52,871 bases of DNA from an uncultured Lentisphaeria bacterium. GTDB lineage: Bacteria; Fidelibacterota; UBA8477; JABMPR01. Each line of letters begins with the position of its first letter. Within the stretch, counting starts at the first letter, position 1. Below the pieces are notes generated by a model, which was given only the letters and a program-made list of their open reading frames with translations, searched no databases and was not told the DNA's origin. The stretch is from assembly GCA_964578155.1 (NCBI GenBank), contig CAZOBQ010000002.1, positions 1-52,871 on the forward strand, written 5' to 3'. Below are positions 10,152 to 19,119 of the stretch, one piece after another. Both the position numbers and the translations under genes were made by a program.

Positions 10152-10424
10152 ATGACACGACAAGGAATAGACCAGAAAGAACTATTTACTTTGCTGGTAA
10201 CACAGTTACACACTAGCGCGGCGATGCAATTAGGTTTAAGTCCAAACCCTGTAACTAGAAGAACAGAGAAGAACCTGGAAGCAGCGACCATGACCATTGG
10301 GATTCTTGAGGCATTATTGTTTAAGACCGCAGGAAATTTGAACAGGAAGGAAGATGAAGTACTTTCAAGAGCTGTTCGTGAGCTAAGGACACAACTTCAA
10401 AAAGAAACGAGAAAACCCTTATAG
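10152..10424 (+). CDS. DUF1844-family small protein
   Basis: FTLLVTQLHTSAAMQLG...NLEAATMTIGILEALLFKTAGNL..EDEVLSRAVRELR matches my recollection of the DUF1844 pattern. GAGG lies 5 nt before the ATG at 10152. Confidence 0.55.
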   Translation: MTRQGIDQKELFTLLVTQLHTSAAMQLGLSPNPVTRRTEKNLEAATMTIGILEALLFKTAGNLNRKEDEVLSRAVRELRTQLQKETRKPL

Positions 10425-10463
10425 CGTTAGGTGCTAAAGAGTTAAAGACAGAGGGACATAAGC

Positions 10464-11306
10464 ATGACAAGAAGAGTAGTGTTGATAATATTATCTTTAG
10501 CTTTAATGAACGTATTGATCGCTGCAGAGAACGGGTCGGAGACGTGGAAAAAGTCTGTGGTTGGTGGTATTAATATGACCCAGGTTGGTTTTGATAACTG
10601 GAGTGCAGGCGGAGAAAGTTCTTTTGCATGGCAGTTAAACATGAATTATAGCTTTGTGAAGGATACAGAAAAAACCTCCTGGTCCAACACGGGAAAAGTT
10701 GCCTACGGTGCTACCCAAACGGGTGACATCGACATGCGGAAATCAGCTGATGAAATTAAGCATGAAAGTGTAATGACTTATAAACTTGGCACAAAGATTA
10801 ACCCTTTTGTTGCCGTTACGGGAGAAAGCCAAATGACTGCAGGCTATGATTATTCAAGCGGCACGGCAGATCAGATATCAGCTTTCTTAGACCCTGGCTA
10901 TTTTCGAGAAAGTTTTGGAGCAGGAATGATTCTGTCGGAAGGAATCAGTACCCGGGCAGGTGTAGCGCTAAAACAAACAGTTACGACCGACTATCCAAAG
11001 CCCTATGCAGACGATGCTGAAACATCCACCATAGAGACGTTGAGGTCAGAGTTTGGAGCAGAGTCTGTAACAGATATTGCACTGACAATAAACGATAACA
11101 CGAATTTCAATTCAAAGCTTGAATTGTTTGCTGGTTTTGATGGCATTGAGGAAACTGATGTTAAATTTGACAACACGCTCATGGTGAAGATCTCAAAATA
11201 TTTGAACATGAACATTAACGTCTTATTGGTCTATGACAAAGATATCTCGGCAAAGCGACAAATTAAACAATCAATGGCTCTGGGCTTAAATTATACATTT
11301 ATATAA
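10464..11306 (+). CDS. DUF3078-like outer-membrane beta-barrel protein
   Basis: Signal peptide, then GGINMTQVGFDNWSAGGESSFAW (DUF3078 hallmark) and a C-terminal aromatic residue (LNYTFI). Confidence 0.6.
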   Translation: MTRRVVLIILSLALMNVLIAAENGSETWKKSVVGGINMTQVGFDNWSAGGESSFAWQLNMNYSFVKDTEKTSWSNTGKVAYGATQTGDIDMRKSADEIKHESVMTYKLGTKINPFVAVTGESQMTAGYDYSSGTADQISAFLDPGYFRESFGAGMILSEGISTRAGVALKQTVTTDYPKPYADDAETSTIETLRSEFGAESVTDIALTINDNTNFNSKLELFAGFDGIEETDVKFDNTLMVKISKYLNMNINVLLVYDKDISAKRQIKQSMALGLNYTFI

Positions 11307-11331
11307 GAATTGGCTTTCAAAACATATCCCG

Positions 11332-11366
11332 AAAAGAGCCTGAGTTTAATACCGGGCTCTTTTTGT
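11332..11366 (+). terminator. Rho-independent terminator after the DUF3078 gene
   Basis: AAAAGAGCC (11332-11340) pairs with GGCTCTTTT (11355-11363) and runs into a T-tract. Confidence 0.7.
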
Positions 11367-11616
11367 TTGCATTATGTATTTCTGCATGTTATAATTACTC
11401 AGTCGAAAGACAAACCCTTCACACAAACTAAAGAAGAAAATCGATTTAGACAGCTGCAACTTCAGTGTTGTTGGCATAGCATTCTTTAAACTGAATTGCC
11501 TGATTGTCTTTCGGTCCAAGTGCTTCAACATAAAACTGAAGCAAGTAAATCAAAAAGCGAACAGGGTGATGTTTTATCACAAGGATAGATATTACCCACA
11601 AAGGAAAGGAAACAAT

Positions 11617-11832
11617 ATGTTTCAATTAAAGAGAATCCTTTTAAGTGGGCTGGTGGCGCTTTTGATGGTTGGAATGGTAACAGCAGGAGAGGTCGCTGTG
11701 ATGGATGCTGGTGGAGAGGAAGTAGAACGCAGCTACATTGGATCCGGCGGTAACATTATATGTGAGGATACGAACGCGTGGGAGTGTGTCCATTTTGAGT
11801 TTTGGATTAACTTCAGAATCCCCTGGGCATAG
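11617..11832 (+). CDS. Small secreted Cys-containing peptide (71 aa precursor)
   Basis: The ATG at 11617 is preceded by AAAGGAAAGGAAA. Signal-like N-terminus MFQLKRILLSGLVALLMVGMVTAG, then an acidic GG-containing segment and CEDTNAWEC plus an aromatic tail HFEFWINFRIPWA. No family recognised. Confidence 0.5.
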   Translation: MFQLKRILLSGLVALLMVGMVTAGEVAVMDAGGEEVERSYIGSGGNIICEDTNAWECVHFEFWINFRIPWA

Positions 11833-11838
11833 AATAAG

Positions 11839-11864
11839 AAAGGGGCTCCGAAAGGAGTCCCTTT
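11839..11864 (+). terminator. Stem-loop (11-bp stem, GAAA loop) between the peptide gene and downstream genes; terminator or attenuator
   Basis: AAAGGGGCTCC-GAAA-GGAGTCCCTTT with one G-U pair. Only a short T run follows, so it may be a partial terminator. Confidence 0.5.
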
Positions 11865-11887
11865 AACACGGACAAGGAAAAAGAAAA

Positions 11888-13072
11888 ATGATAATACTTA
11901 AAAGCATAATGGTTAACATGGTTTGTATCGTGTTGGCTGTCGCTGCAACAAGAACAGTAAGGTTGGACAGTATTGTTTCAACTTCAGAAGCTAAGGGCTT
12001 GTGGCCATCATCATCAAACACGGGAAAATTGTTTTATAGCAAGATTGGCGTACTGCTCTTAAATAAACGGGTTGTATATTTTGACAAAGTAAACAATGAT
12101 GTTGTTACTGAATTTAGAGTCCTTCCCAATAAAAGGTATAGCATGATTCCAGTTTCGCTGGTTGCTAATTCTAGCACCTACGCCTGTGTATATAACAACC
12201 CTGCAAACGGAAGATATCGGATAGGTGTATTTGACAATAATGGAGGTAAACTTATAGTAAAGAGACCCCATCACACCGGACATGCGAGTTATAAAGTGTT
12301 TAGCCAACAAGAAGGAGAAACAATCTACCTGATTTCACCACACTTAAGTGGTTATGAAAAAGCTCTAGATCTTTATGATGAGAACTCAATGACGCCCTCC
12401 CAATATTCAAGGGATAAGTTTGATGCCTTTTTTAGGGAAAATAAGGCCTTCACAATTTGGAAGCATGATGAGAAGCTTGAACCCGTGGACTCGGCGGATG
12501 TAATTAACCGGGTAGGGGTAGACTTAGAGGAATACCTCAAACTATATGACAACCAGGCGGTTGATCAGGATAAAGACTCAAACATTCATTTGATCCATTC
12601 ATCAAAAAACTATCTGATCCGATCTTACTCACCATCCTTGCAGCTAGAAAAGGAATTTCGTTGCGAGAACAATGATTTTAAGCCCATTCCAAAAATGCTT
12701 GTTAAGGGGGACGCCAAAAAACTTAAGTCAAAACAAGGTAGTTACTCGATTTTTTATGCTTTATACTCAATCAATGACTGGCTGGTCACATCTTTTTACC
12801 AAAATCCAGAAGGCTGGGAAAGACCTGAAGGCCCCTACTATTATGATATCCATGCAAAGGATGGGCAGAAAAAGACATCAGGTCAATTACCCTACCCCTT
12901 CTTTGGCAGGGATGATGAAGGGAATATGTATCTCTATGTTATGAAAGAGAGTGATTCATGGCTGGGTGACGATGAATACTATCTTGTAGAGATAAGCATT
13001 GCTGAGTTGATCGCAGGAAAGGTAAACCAGTCCTTTGTTCTGAATAGGATCAAGCAAGATTCAAATGATTAA
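11888..13072 (+). CDS. Hypothetical exported protein (394 aa), beta-rich, possibly propeller-like
   Basis: N-terminal hydrophobic anchor or signal. Repeated short beta-strand-like hydrophobic/aromatic segments. No catalytic motif recognised. Confidence 0.55.
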   Translation: MIILKSIMVNMVCIVLAVAATRTVRLDSIVSTSEAKGLWPSSSNTGKLFYSKIGVLLLNKRVVYFDKVNNDVVTEFRVLPNKRYSMIPVSLVANSSTYACVYNNPANGRYRIGVFDNNGGKLIVKRPHHTGHASYKVFSQQEGETIYLISPHLSGYEKALDLYDENSMTPSQYSRDKFDAFFRENKAFTIWKHDEKLEPVDSADVINRVGVDLEEYLKLYDNQAVDQDKDSNIHLIHSSKNYLIRSYSPSLQLEKEFRCENNDFKPIPKMLVKGDAKKLKSKQGSYSIFYALYSINDWLVTSFYQNPEGWERPEGPYYYDIHAKDGQKKTSGQLPYPFFGRDDEGNMYLYVMKESDSWLGDDEYYLVEISIAELIAGKVNQSFVLNRIKQDSND

Positions 13073-13511
13073 TGAAAGGATACAGGTTTCAAAAACGGAT
13101 GCTATCCCGGCGCTGCGCTGGTTGGTCTCCATAGTATTCTTCTTTTTGGCCATGATCAAATCCCAGAGCATTATTAACGCTGGACTGGTTCCTTACCGGG
13201 AGTTCCTGCTGGTAATCGGTTGGCCTTTGGTATTACAGTATTATGGGGTAGTCGCCATGTTGGTAGAGTTTTATGCAGCGATATCGCTGTGGAGTGAACG
13301 GCTGTTTCTGAGTGGAATTGTCTTTATGTCTCTTTTGACAACCCTAGGGGTTACATTAAGTATTTACTCTTTAATCTTCAAACTCAATTCAGAATGCGGA
13401 TGTGGTCTATTGGGTCAAAATGAATACGGGCTTCTTATTCAAAAGTTTTTGATCCTTATTATACTATCTGTGCTTTACAGGAACAAATACCGGCTATTTC
13501 CTGAACAATAA
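13065..13511 (+). CDS. MauE/DoxX-like redox-associated membrane protein
   Basis: 148 aa, 4 predicted TM helices, SECGCGLLG motif resembling the CxC(F)G motif of MauE/DoxX-type proteins. 8-nt overlap with the upstream gene. Confidence 0.5.
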   Translation: MINERIQVSKTDAIPALRWLVSIVFFFLAMIKSQSIINAGLVPYREFLLVIGWPLVLQYYGVVAMLVEFYAAISLWSERLFLSGIVFMSLLTTLGVTLSIYSLIFKLNSECGCGLLGQNEYGLLIQKFLILIILSVLYRNKYRLFPEQ

Positions 13512-13877
13512 TTAAAAGCTAAGTTCTTGTCGCTTTTTTAAACTTAAAGTGCTGATTACTAAGCGATACGAATCCTCAATAAGTTTTTGTGTTAATCCCT
13601 TGTCAAGACTTTCGTCTAACAAAACTGTATTCCAGTGTTCCTTGTTCATGTGATACCCAGGAGTAATCGCTTCAAATTGAGAGCGCAATACTTGAGCATC
13701 ATCAGGGTCGCACTTTAGGTTCACCGCTAAGGGTTTTTTATCGGTACCCGAAAGGGCGAACATTTTTCCGCCGACCTTGAAAACGGCGGTTTTCTCATCA
13801 AAGGGAAACGTAAGAGATGACCCCTTAAAGGACAAAAGAAATTCTTTTAATTCAGCGTAATTAACAAGCCACCTCAA
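13512..13877 (-). CDS. MmcQ/YjbR-family protein
   Basis: FPFDEKTAVFKVGGKMFAL...LKCDPDDAQVLRSQFEAITPGYHMNKEHWNTV is typical of the YjbR family. Confidence 0.8.
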   Translation of the reverse strand: MRWLVNYAELKEFLLSFKGSSLTFPFDEKTAVFKVGGKMFALSGTDKKPLAVNLKCDPDDAQVLRSQFEAITPGYHMNKEHWNTVLLDESLDKGLTQKLIEDSYRLVISTLSLKKRQELSF

Positions 13878-14520
13878 GGACCTTAAAAAAATCTATGATC
13901 TTATCTTTTTGCAGCCCGTCATCAGTTCGTAAACCACTACACAAATCCACACCATCTGGACGAGTGGCAGCAAGTGCTGCTAAAATATTACCGGTATTTA
14001 AACCGCCAGCCAGAAAAACAGGTATGCTGCTTTTGTCACAGATCTCTCGACTTATTTCCCAGTCATGAACCTCACCGGTTCCACCCAATGTTTTGAGTGT
14101 TGAATTAGGGTTTCCTGAATCTAAGAGCAAAAAATCCACATACTGAGAATACTTCAAAGCAAGCTGAATGGAAGACGCGTCTTGAACATGAATCACCTGA
14201 AGAAGCTGAACATCAGGAAGTATTGCCCGAAGGTTTACTAGCTCACTAATATTTACATAGTCAACGATCTGAATACCCCAAGAATTAACTTGTGAATGTT
14301 GTGAATAGATTGACTGAGCGGTTTGAGCGCTGGTTAGCAAGACACTCTTGGTTTTAGGTGGGAGCTGTTTAATGATAGAAGCAATATCGTCTAATGGAAT
14401 GACCCCTGGACCGCTGGGCATTTCAGAAACAAACCCTAACATATCAGCCCCCGTTTCAAGGGCCAAAAGAGCCTCGGGCAGGCTCTTAATACAGCAGACT
14501 TTTATGGCGGGTTTAAACAT
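13861..14520 (-). CDS. trpF: Phosphoribosylanthranilate isomerase
   Basis: IKVCCIKS..ALETGADMLGFV, LLDSG....LGGTGEVHDW and PVFLAGGLN motifs. No other trp genes in the window. Confidence 0.8.
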   Translation of the reverse strand: MFKPAIKVCCIKSLPEALLALETGADMLGFVSEMPSGPGVIPLDDIASIIKQLPPKTKSVLLTSAQTAQSIYSQHSQVNSWGIQIVDYVNISELVNLRAILPDVQLLQVIHVQDASSIQLALKYSQYVDFLLLDSGNPNSTLKTLGGTGEVHDWEISREICDKSSIPVFLAGGLNTGNILAALAATRPDGVDLCSGLRTDDGLQKDKIIDFFKVLEVAC

Positions 14521-14654
14521 AAGGACAGATTAATCTAATATTAGGTAAAATCATCTTTGTAGGGTCAAATAACACGATTACACCTCGTGTCCAAGCACAA
14601 ACTCGAGGCAAACAGCAAAATATGGGTGGGTAACATGAAATATCTTGGCCCTAG

Positions 14655-15650
14655 CTATAACTTAAAGTATTGCTTTAACAGGAGTTCAAGTGCTCCCGGG
14701 GCTTTAGCCATAACAGGCAGGTAGTAAATGTTATTCTCTTCGCAGAAACCAGGGTTAAGCTTAACAAAATCCTTTTGAGTCGTAATCCAAATATCGCAAT
14801 CAGACTCAAGGATTTTATTGCGCTGGTTTACAGAATAGGATGTGTGATCAGGAAAAGAGTGTTTGTTCTTTGGTATACCCAGGACAGACTCCACTGCACT
14901 AAAAAAAGACGGGTTATTACCAAGCCCAGCAAACAAACCATAAGAACCTGAAACATCAGAAAATGAGAGCATCTCTCCATCATATCCAACAAGCTTATCG
15001 GCAATTTCCACAACAAAGTCATGGCTGACATTTCCCTGAAGTCCGCTCTTGCTGTTTAGAATGAGATCAGCCCGACGAGTGTTTTTTTCAGACTCTCGCA
15101 GGTTACCCCACGGAAGTATATGAGAGGGAATATCTTTTTGTCTGTCATAAAGAAGAATATCGAGATCTCGATATAATCGTCGATGTTGAAAGCCATCATC
15201 AAGAATGATCACATCAGGGTGAGATTCCTCGAGTAAATATTTGGCACCAAGTGCTCGATCCTCTGAAACAAGGACAGGAATTCCAGGGCAATTTCGAGCA
15301 ATTAAATAGGGTTCATCTCCGGAGCTACGAACATCATTATTAAGACCATTTTTATCAGCGACTAGAAGTAAGCCTTTAGTCTCTCGGCCGTATCCTCTTG
15401 AGAGGACAGCAGGAGACATGTGGTTGTCTTGAAAAAACCTGATTAGTGTCTGAACCATGATGGTCTTTCCGCTTCCTCCAGCCGAGATGTTTCCAACTGA
15501 AACGATGGGCGTGTCAATTCTATGAATAGGGAGAACGCCCCAATCATAAAACCTATTTCTCATTTCGGTAAGAAAAAAGTAGACGATTGAAAGCAGTATA
15601 CGTACAGGTAAAAACCAGGCAGCAGAATGTAAATAGTTAAGCGTGCGCAT
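14655..15650 (-). CDS. lpxK: Tetraacyldisaccharide 4'-kinase
   Basis: VSVGNISAGGSGKT P-loop, LSRGYGR and GDEP motifs. Confidence 0.9.
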   Translation of the reverse strand: MRTLNYLHSAAWFLPVRILLSIVYFFLTEMRNRFYDWGVLPIHRIDTPIVSVGNISAGGSGKTIMVQTLIRFFQDNHMSPAVLSRGYGRETKGLLLVADKNGLNNDVRSSGDEPYLIARNCPGIPVLVSEDRALGAKYLLEESHPDVIILDDGFQHRRLYRDLDILLYDRQKDIPSHILPWGNLRESEKNTRRADLILNSKSGLQGNVSHDFVVEIADKLVGYDGEMLSFSDVSGSYGLFAGLGNNPSFFSAVESVLGIPKNKHSFPDHTSYSVNQRNKILESDCDIWITTQKDFVKLNPGFCEENNIYYLPVMAKAPGALELLLKQYFKL

Positions 15651-15655
15651 AAAAC

Positions 15656-16324
15656 TTATCTATAATGGCGATCTATTGTTTGCTGATGAGATTTACAAAT
15701 TTCACCAACACTAGCTATTACAGTATTTAAAACTTCTCCTCGTATAGTTTTATCGGCCTTTATAGGTTCTCCAAAACTTACTATCGCTTTTGAAAAAGGA
15801 ATGGGAATCATAAATTTATCCCAACCCCTGGCACGAAGGGCCCACTTCGAACTGGATGCTGTTGGAATGATGTATCCGTCAAGATTTTGAGCTGCAACAT
15901 AAGTGCCTGCTTTCATAACATATCTGGGGCCCTTAGGTCCATCGGAAGCGAAAGCTGAAACCTTAATGTTTTGTTTTCGCAAATAGCGAATCATGCTAGA
16001 ATATGCTTTCCGACCACCCCGTGTACTGGAGCCACGGAAAGTCACAAAATTAATACCCTCTAGAACAGCCGAGGCAATATCTCCATCCCCAGCCTGACTT
16101 ACAATCGCAGCCGGGTGAAGGGGAGCAGTCAAATACCAGGCAATAAACATATCGCCATGCCAAAATTGAAAGACAATAGGCTTCCCGGATCGAAGTAGAA
16201 ACAAAACTCGATTCCAGCCTCGAATTTCAAGGCGCAGACTTTTGCTTATTAGGGTAACAATGAGCCCGCCAAAGCGTTTAGCTATTCGGGCAATTCTTTG
16301 TTGAGTCTTCCGGCTTAGTCCCAT
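15656..16324 (-). CDS. DUF374-family lysophospholipid-acyltransferase-like protein
   Basis: FWHGDMF...SQAGDGDIAS...RGSSTRGG...DGPKGPRY. It lies between lpxB and lpxK, a position I recall as usual for DUF374 genes (from memory). Confidence 0.8.
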   Translation of the reverse strand: MGLSRKTQQRIARIAKRFGGLIVTLISKSLRLEIRGWNRVLFLLRSGKPIVFQFWHGDMFIAWYLTAPLHPAAIVSQAGDGDIASAVLEGINFVTFRGSSTRGGRKAYSSMIRYLRKQNIKVSAFASDGPKGPRYVMKAGTYVAAQNLDGYIIPTASSSKWALRARGWDKFMIPIPFSKAIVSFGEPIKADKTIRGEVLNTVIASVGEICKSHQQTIDRHYR

Positions 16325-16326
16325 TT

Positions 16327-17463
16327 TTAACCAAGCTCTGTAAGGATTTGTGTGGCAATTTTGTTGGCACAGCCAGATTTACCAAGCGATGTCTTAAGTT
16401 TCTTTAATTTTTCAAGCATTTGTCTACGATCGTTACTATCTGAGAGTAATCGTGTGGTTTGGCCTGCGATTGTCCTTGGATTTGCGTCTCTCTGGATGAG
16501 TTCTGGAATAGCTCGTTCTCCCAAAATCAGGTTTGGCATAGCAAGGTGATCAATTTTGATCAACAACTTTCCAATGAGATAGGACAATGGAGAAACGCGA
16601 TATATTACCAGAAGAGGCGTTCCTAAATAGGCTGTTTCAAGACTGGCGGTGCCAGAGGCCACAATTGCCACATTGGCAAACGAAATTAGCGGGTAGGGAT
16701 CATCATGAATAAGTACAAGCCCGGCGATCTCTTTAAAAGACTCGTAATAACTATTTTCCAGCGTGGAAACCCCGGCGAGTACAACTTGAAGGTCAGAGTG
16801 CTTATCTCTCAGTAATTTAACCGCGTCAATGAGGGGCCTTGAATGACGGCTTAGCTCGTTACGACGACTTCCTGGCAATAACGCAAGCAAAGGCTTTTCT
16901 GCATCCAAGCCATATTGTCTGAAAAAGGCTGACTTCTCAGGCAGGTTAAACATTTTATCAACTAGAGGGTGCCCGGCAAAACTAACGGGAATATTCTGTT
17001 CACTATAGAAATCCAACTCAAATGGAAAAATAACAAAGATACGCTTTATGAATTGACGCATAACCTTGATTCGATTTTTCTTCCACGCCCAAACCTGGGG
17101 CGAAATATAGTAATAAACGGGGACACCAAGTGCTTTCAGCTTCAAACCTAAGCGCAAATTAAAGCCGGGGTAGTCTATTAAGATGGCTGCATTCGGTTTA
17201 TTAGCTATAACCTCATTCACAACACGGGACATTACGGTTCTAAAGAAGGACAGGTGTTTGATCACCTCAACAAACCCGGTAACCCCCAGATCTCTTACAT
17301 GAAAGAGAGGATTTAAGCCCTCCTTGATCATGTGGTCACCACCAAGTCCCCAAAATGTATGTTCAGGGTTAAGCCTGGAAATGGCCGCCATTACTGGGGC
17401 TGCGTGATGATCGCCTGAAACCTCTCCGGCGACGATCAGGAATTTTTTTGGTGTGGTGTCTAT
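16327..17463 (-). CDS. lpxB: Lipid-A-disaccharide synthase; 5' end uncertain, no canonical start codon
   Basis: Full-length similarity to LpxB. The conserved N-terminal motif KKFLIVAGEVSGD is encoded upstream of the first ATG (17391). The frame is open up to the in-frame stop at 17512-17514. The end at 17463 assumes an ATA start; see finding. Confidence 0.85.
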   Translation of the reverse strand: MDTTPKKFLIVAGEVSGDHHAAPVMAAISRLNPEHTFWGLGGDHMIKEGLNPLFHVRDLGVTGFVEVIKHLSFFRTVMSRVVNEVIANKPNAAILIDYPGFNLRLGLKLKALGVPVYYYISPQVWAWKKNRIKVMRQFIKRIFVIFPFELDFYSEQNIPVSFAGHPLVDKMFNLPEKSAFFRQYGLDAEKPLLALLPGSRRNELSRHSRPLIDAVKLLRDKHSDLQVVLAGVSTLENSYYESFKEIAGLVLIHDDPYPLISFANVAIVASGTASLETAYLGTPLLVIYRVSPLSYLIGKLLIKIDHLAMPNLILGERAIPELIQRDANPRTIAGQTTRLLSDSNDRRQMLEKLKKLKTSLGKSGCANKIATQILTELG

Positions 17464-18440
17464 TTTTGATCCATCAATTGTTGATTGATTTGTTCGGCAA
17501 TTCTCAAGGCTTCAAGACCATCGCGACCACTGACCAGAGGCGTTTGATCTGAATTAATAGCTAATGCGAAAGCAGCCTGCTCTGCAAACATTGCATCCAA
17601 TTGTGGAAGCTCCTTATTATGGTATAAGATAACTTTGTCAGTGCCTTCCATTGGAATGACCTGGTCAGCTTCAAATTCATCTTGCTCCCTGGCCAGCTGG
17701 TACATTTCGGTTGATCCTTTTTGGAAATCAATAGTGATATAATGTTCATGCTGAAAAACACGCATTTTACGCATAGGGTTCAGGGAGATACGACTTGCCG
17801 TGACATTTGCCACACAACCGTTTTCAAAAGTTAGACGTGCATTCGCAATATCAGGAAGCTCAGAGATGACGGCTAGACCATTCGCCTGGATTTGCTTTAC
17901 CGGGCTTTTAACGAGAGACAGGATAATATCAATATCATGGATCATGTTTTCATGAACTACAGGGTTGTCAATTCCCCTGGGAACAAAGCTCACAAGGCGA
18001 TGAGCTTCAATGAACCGCGGGTCAAGGTCAATATCATCCAATGCCAGCAATGCAGGATTGAAACGCTCAACATGACCAACCTGGATTTTCACATTGTGCT
18101 GTTTGGCAAACGAAAGCAGTTCTTCACCCTCACTCAAGGTTTGAGTAATAGGTTTTTCAATAAAGACATGCTTGCCGGCCAGGATTGCTTCTTTCGCATA
18201 GAGATGATGGAATTTTGTAGGACAGGTGATGAAGACAGCATCGCAAGCGAGAAGTAATTCATGAAAGCCTGAAAATGCATAAACATCGAATTCGCTTGAA
18301 ATTAAAGCAGACCGTTCCTTGTCTGGCTCAAAGAGTCCAACAAAATCCCAATCAGTATGCTTACTTAGATGTCTCGTATGGAAGCGACCGATATGACCGG
18401 CGCCCACCAATCCAGCTTTGAGTTTGTTTAAGTTTACCAT
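17460..18440 (-). CDS. Gfo/Idh/MocA-family NAD(P)-dependent oxidoreductase
   Basis: N-terminal Rossmann LKAGLVGAGHIGRFH and the EKP motif (VFIEKP). First gene of the lpxB-lpxK operon. Confidence 0.85.
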   Translation of the reverse strand: MVNLNKLKAGLVGAGHIGRFHTRHLSKHTDWDFVGLFEPDKERSALISSEFDVYAFSGFHELLLACDAVFITCPTKFHHLYAKEAILAGKHVFIEKPITQTLSEGEELLSFAKQHNVKIQVGHVERFNPALLALDDIDLDPRFIEAHRLVSFVPRGIDNPVVHENMIHDIDIILSLVKSPVKQIQANGLAVISELPDIANARLTFENGCVANVTASRISLNPMRKMRVFQHEHYITIDFQKGSTEMYQLAREQDEFEADQVIPMEGTDKVILYHNKELPQLDAMFAEQAAFALAINSDQTPLVSGRDGLEALRIAEQINQQLMDQK

Positions 18441-18563
18441 AGCATGAAAATTAAATCAAAATGATACAGGTGAAAGAGCAATCACATGATTTTGAAATCA
18501 GCTAAAATCATCCATAGAGCAATATTGATTCCGGATTAGCTTAAAGGAAAGGAGTCAAGACTC

Positions 18564-19028
18564 ATGAATATCAATTCAAAAAACATTCATAAAAGTATCT
18601 CAATTAGGACTTCAAAGGATCAATTGTGGCGAAAATGGACCACAAGTGATGGCTTAAAGTCGTTTATTGGAGTCGACAACAGGATTGAATTAAAACCAGG
18701 AGGCGCTTTTGAAATATATTTCTCAATGGACGCCCCAGAGGGAGAAAGAGGAAGCGAAGGTTGTCAGGTTCTAAGTTTCCTGCCGGAAGAGATGTTGACC
18801 TTTTCCTGGAACGCACCCCCATCCATTCCTGAAGTTAGAAATCAAAACCACAGAACATGGGTAGTTGTCCAGTTCAATAAAATTGACCAGAACTACACTG
18901 AAATTACGCTGGATCACCTTGGATGGCTGAATGGTGAAAAATGGAATGAGACATACGTATATTTTGAGAAGGCCTGGGATATTGTTCTAAAGGCGTTGTC
19001 AGAATCATGTGTCGACCATCCCAATTGA
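18564..19028 (+). CDS. SRPBCC-superfamily protein (AHSA1/Aha1-domain-like)
   Basis: ISIRTSKDQLWRKWTT.DGLKSF...IELKPGGAFEIYF...LTFSWN pattern. Confidence 0.65.
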   Translation: MNINSKNIHKSISIRTSKDQLWRKWTTSDGLKSFIGVDNRIELKPGGAFEIYFSMDAPEGERGSEGCQVLSFLPEEMLTFSWNAPPSIPEVRNQNHRTWVVVQFNKIDQNYTEITLDHLGWLNGEKWNETYVYFEKAWDIVLKALSESCVDHPN

Positions 19029-19119
19029 TAAATTCATTTAAGTCTATGGTTCCAAAACTCTTGGTAAAACCTAAATTCCACGTAATGAAAATGAGACTTT
19101 ATACGAAAGATTTATATAT

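Noticed and set aside
9800-10297. 165-aa minus-strand ORF.
   Set aside because: It is antisense to the 3' end of the GT2 gene and to the DUF1844 gene, both of which have family-like sequences. No independent support.
11346-11531. 61-aa minus-strand ORF in the long intergenic leader.
   Set aside because: No RBS, odd composition, and it overlaps the terminator of the upstream gene. The region is discussed instead as possible structured non-coding RNA.
13861-14520. Orphan trpF away from any trp operon, as a possible anomaly.
   Set aside because: Dispersed trp genes are common in many lineages, and nothing in the sequence itself is unusual.
18486-18511. Inverted repeat ATGATTTT-N10-AAAATCAT in the divergent promoter region between the oxidoreductase and SRPBCC genes.
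   Set aside because: It is A/T-rich with 8-bp arms in an A/T-rich intergenic region, so it could easily arise by chance. No second copy was seen.
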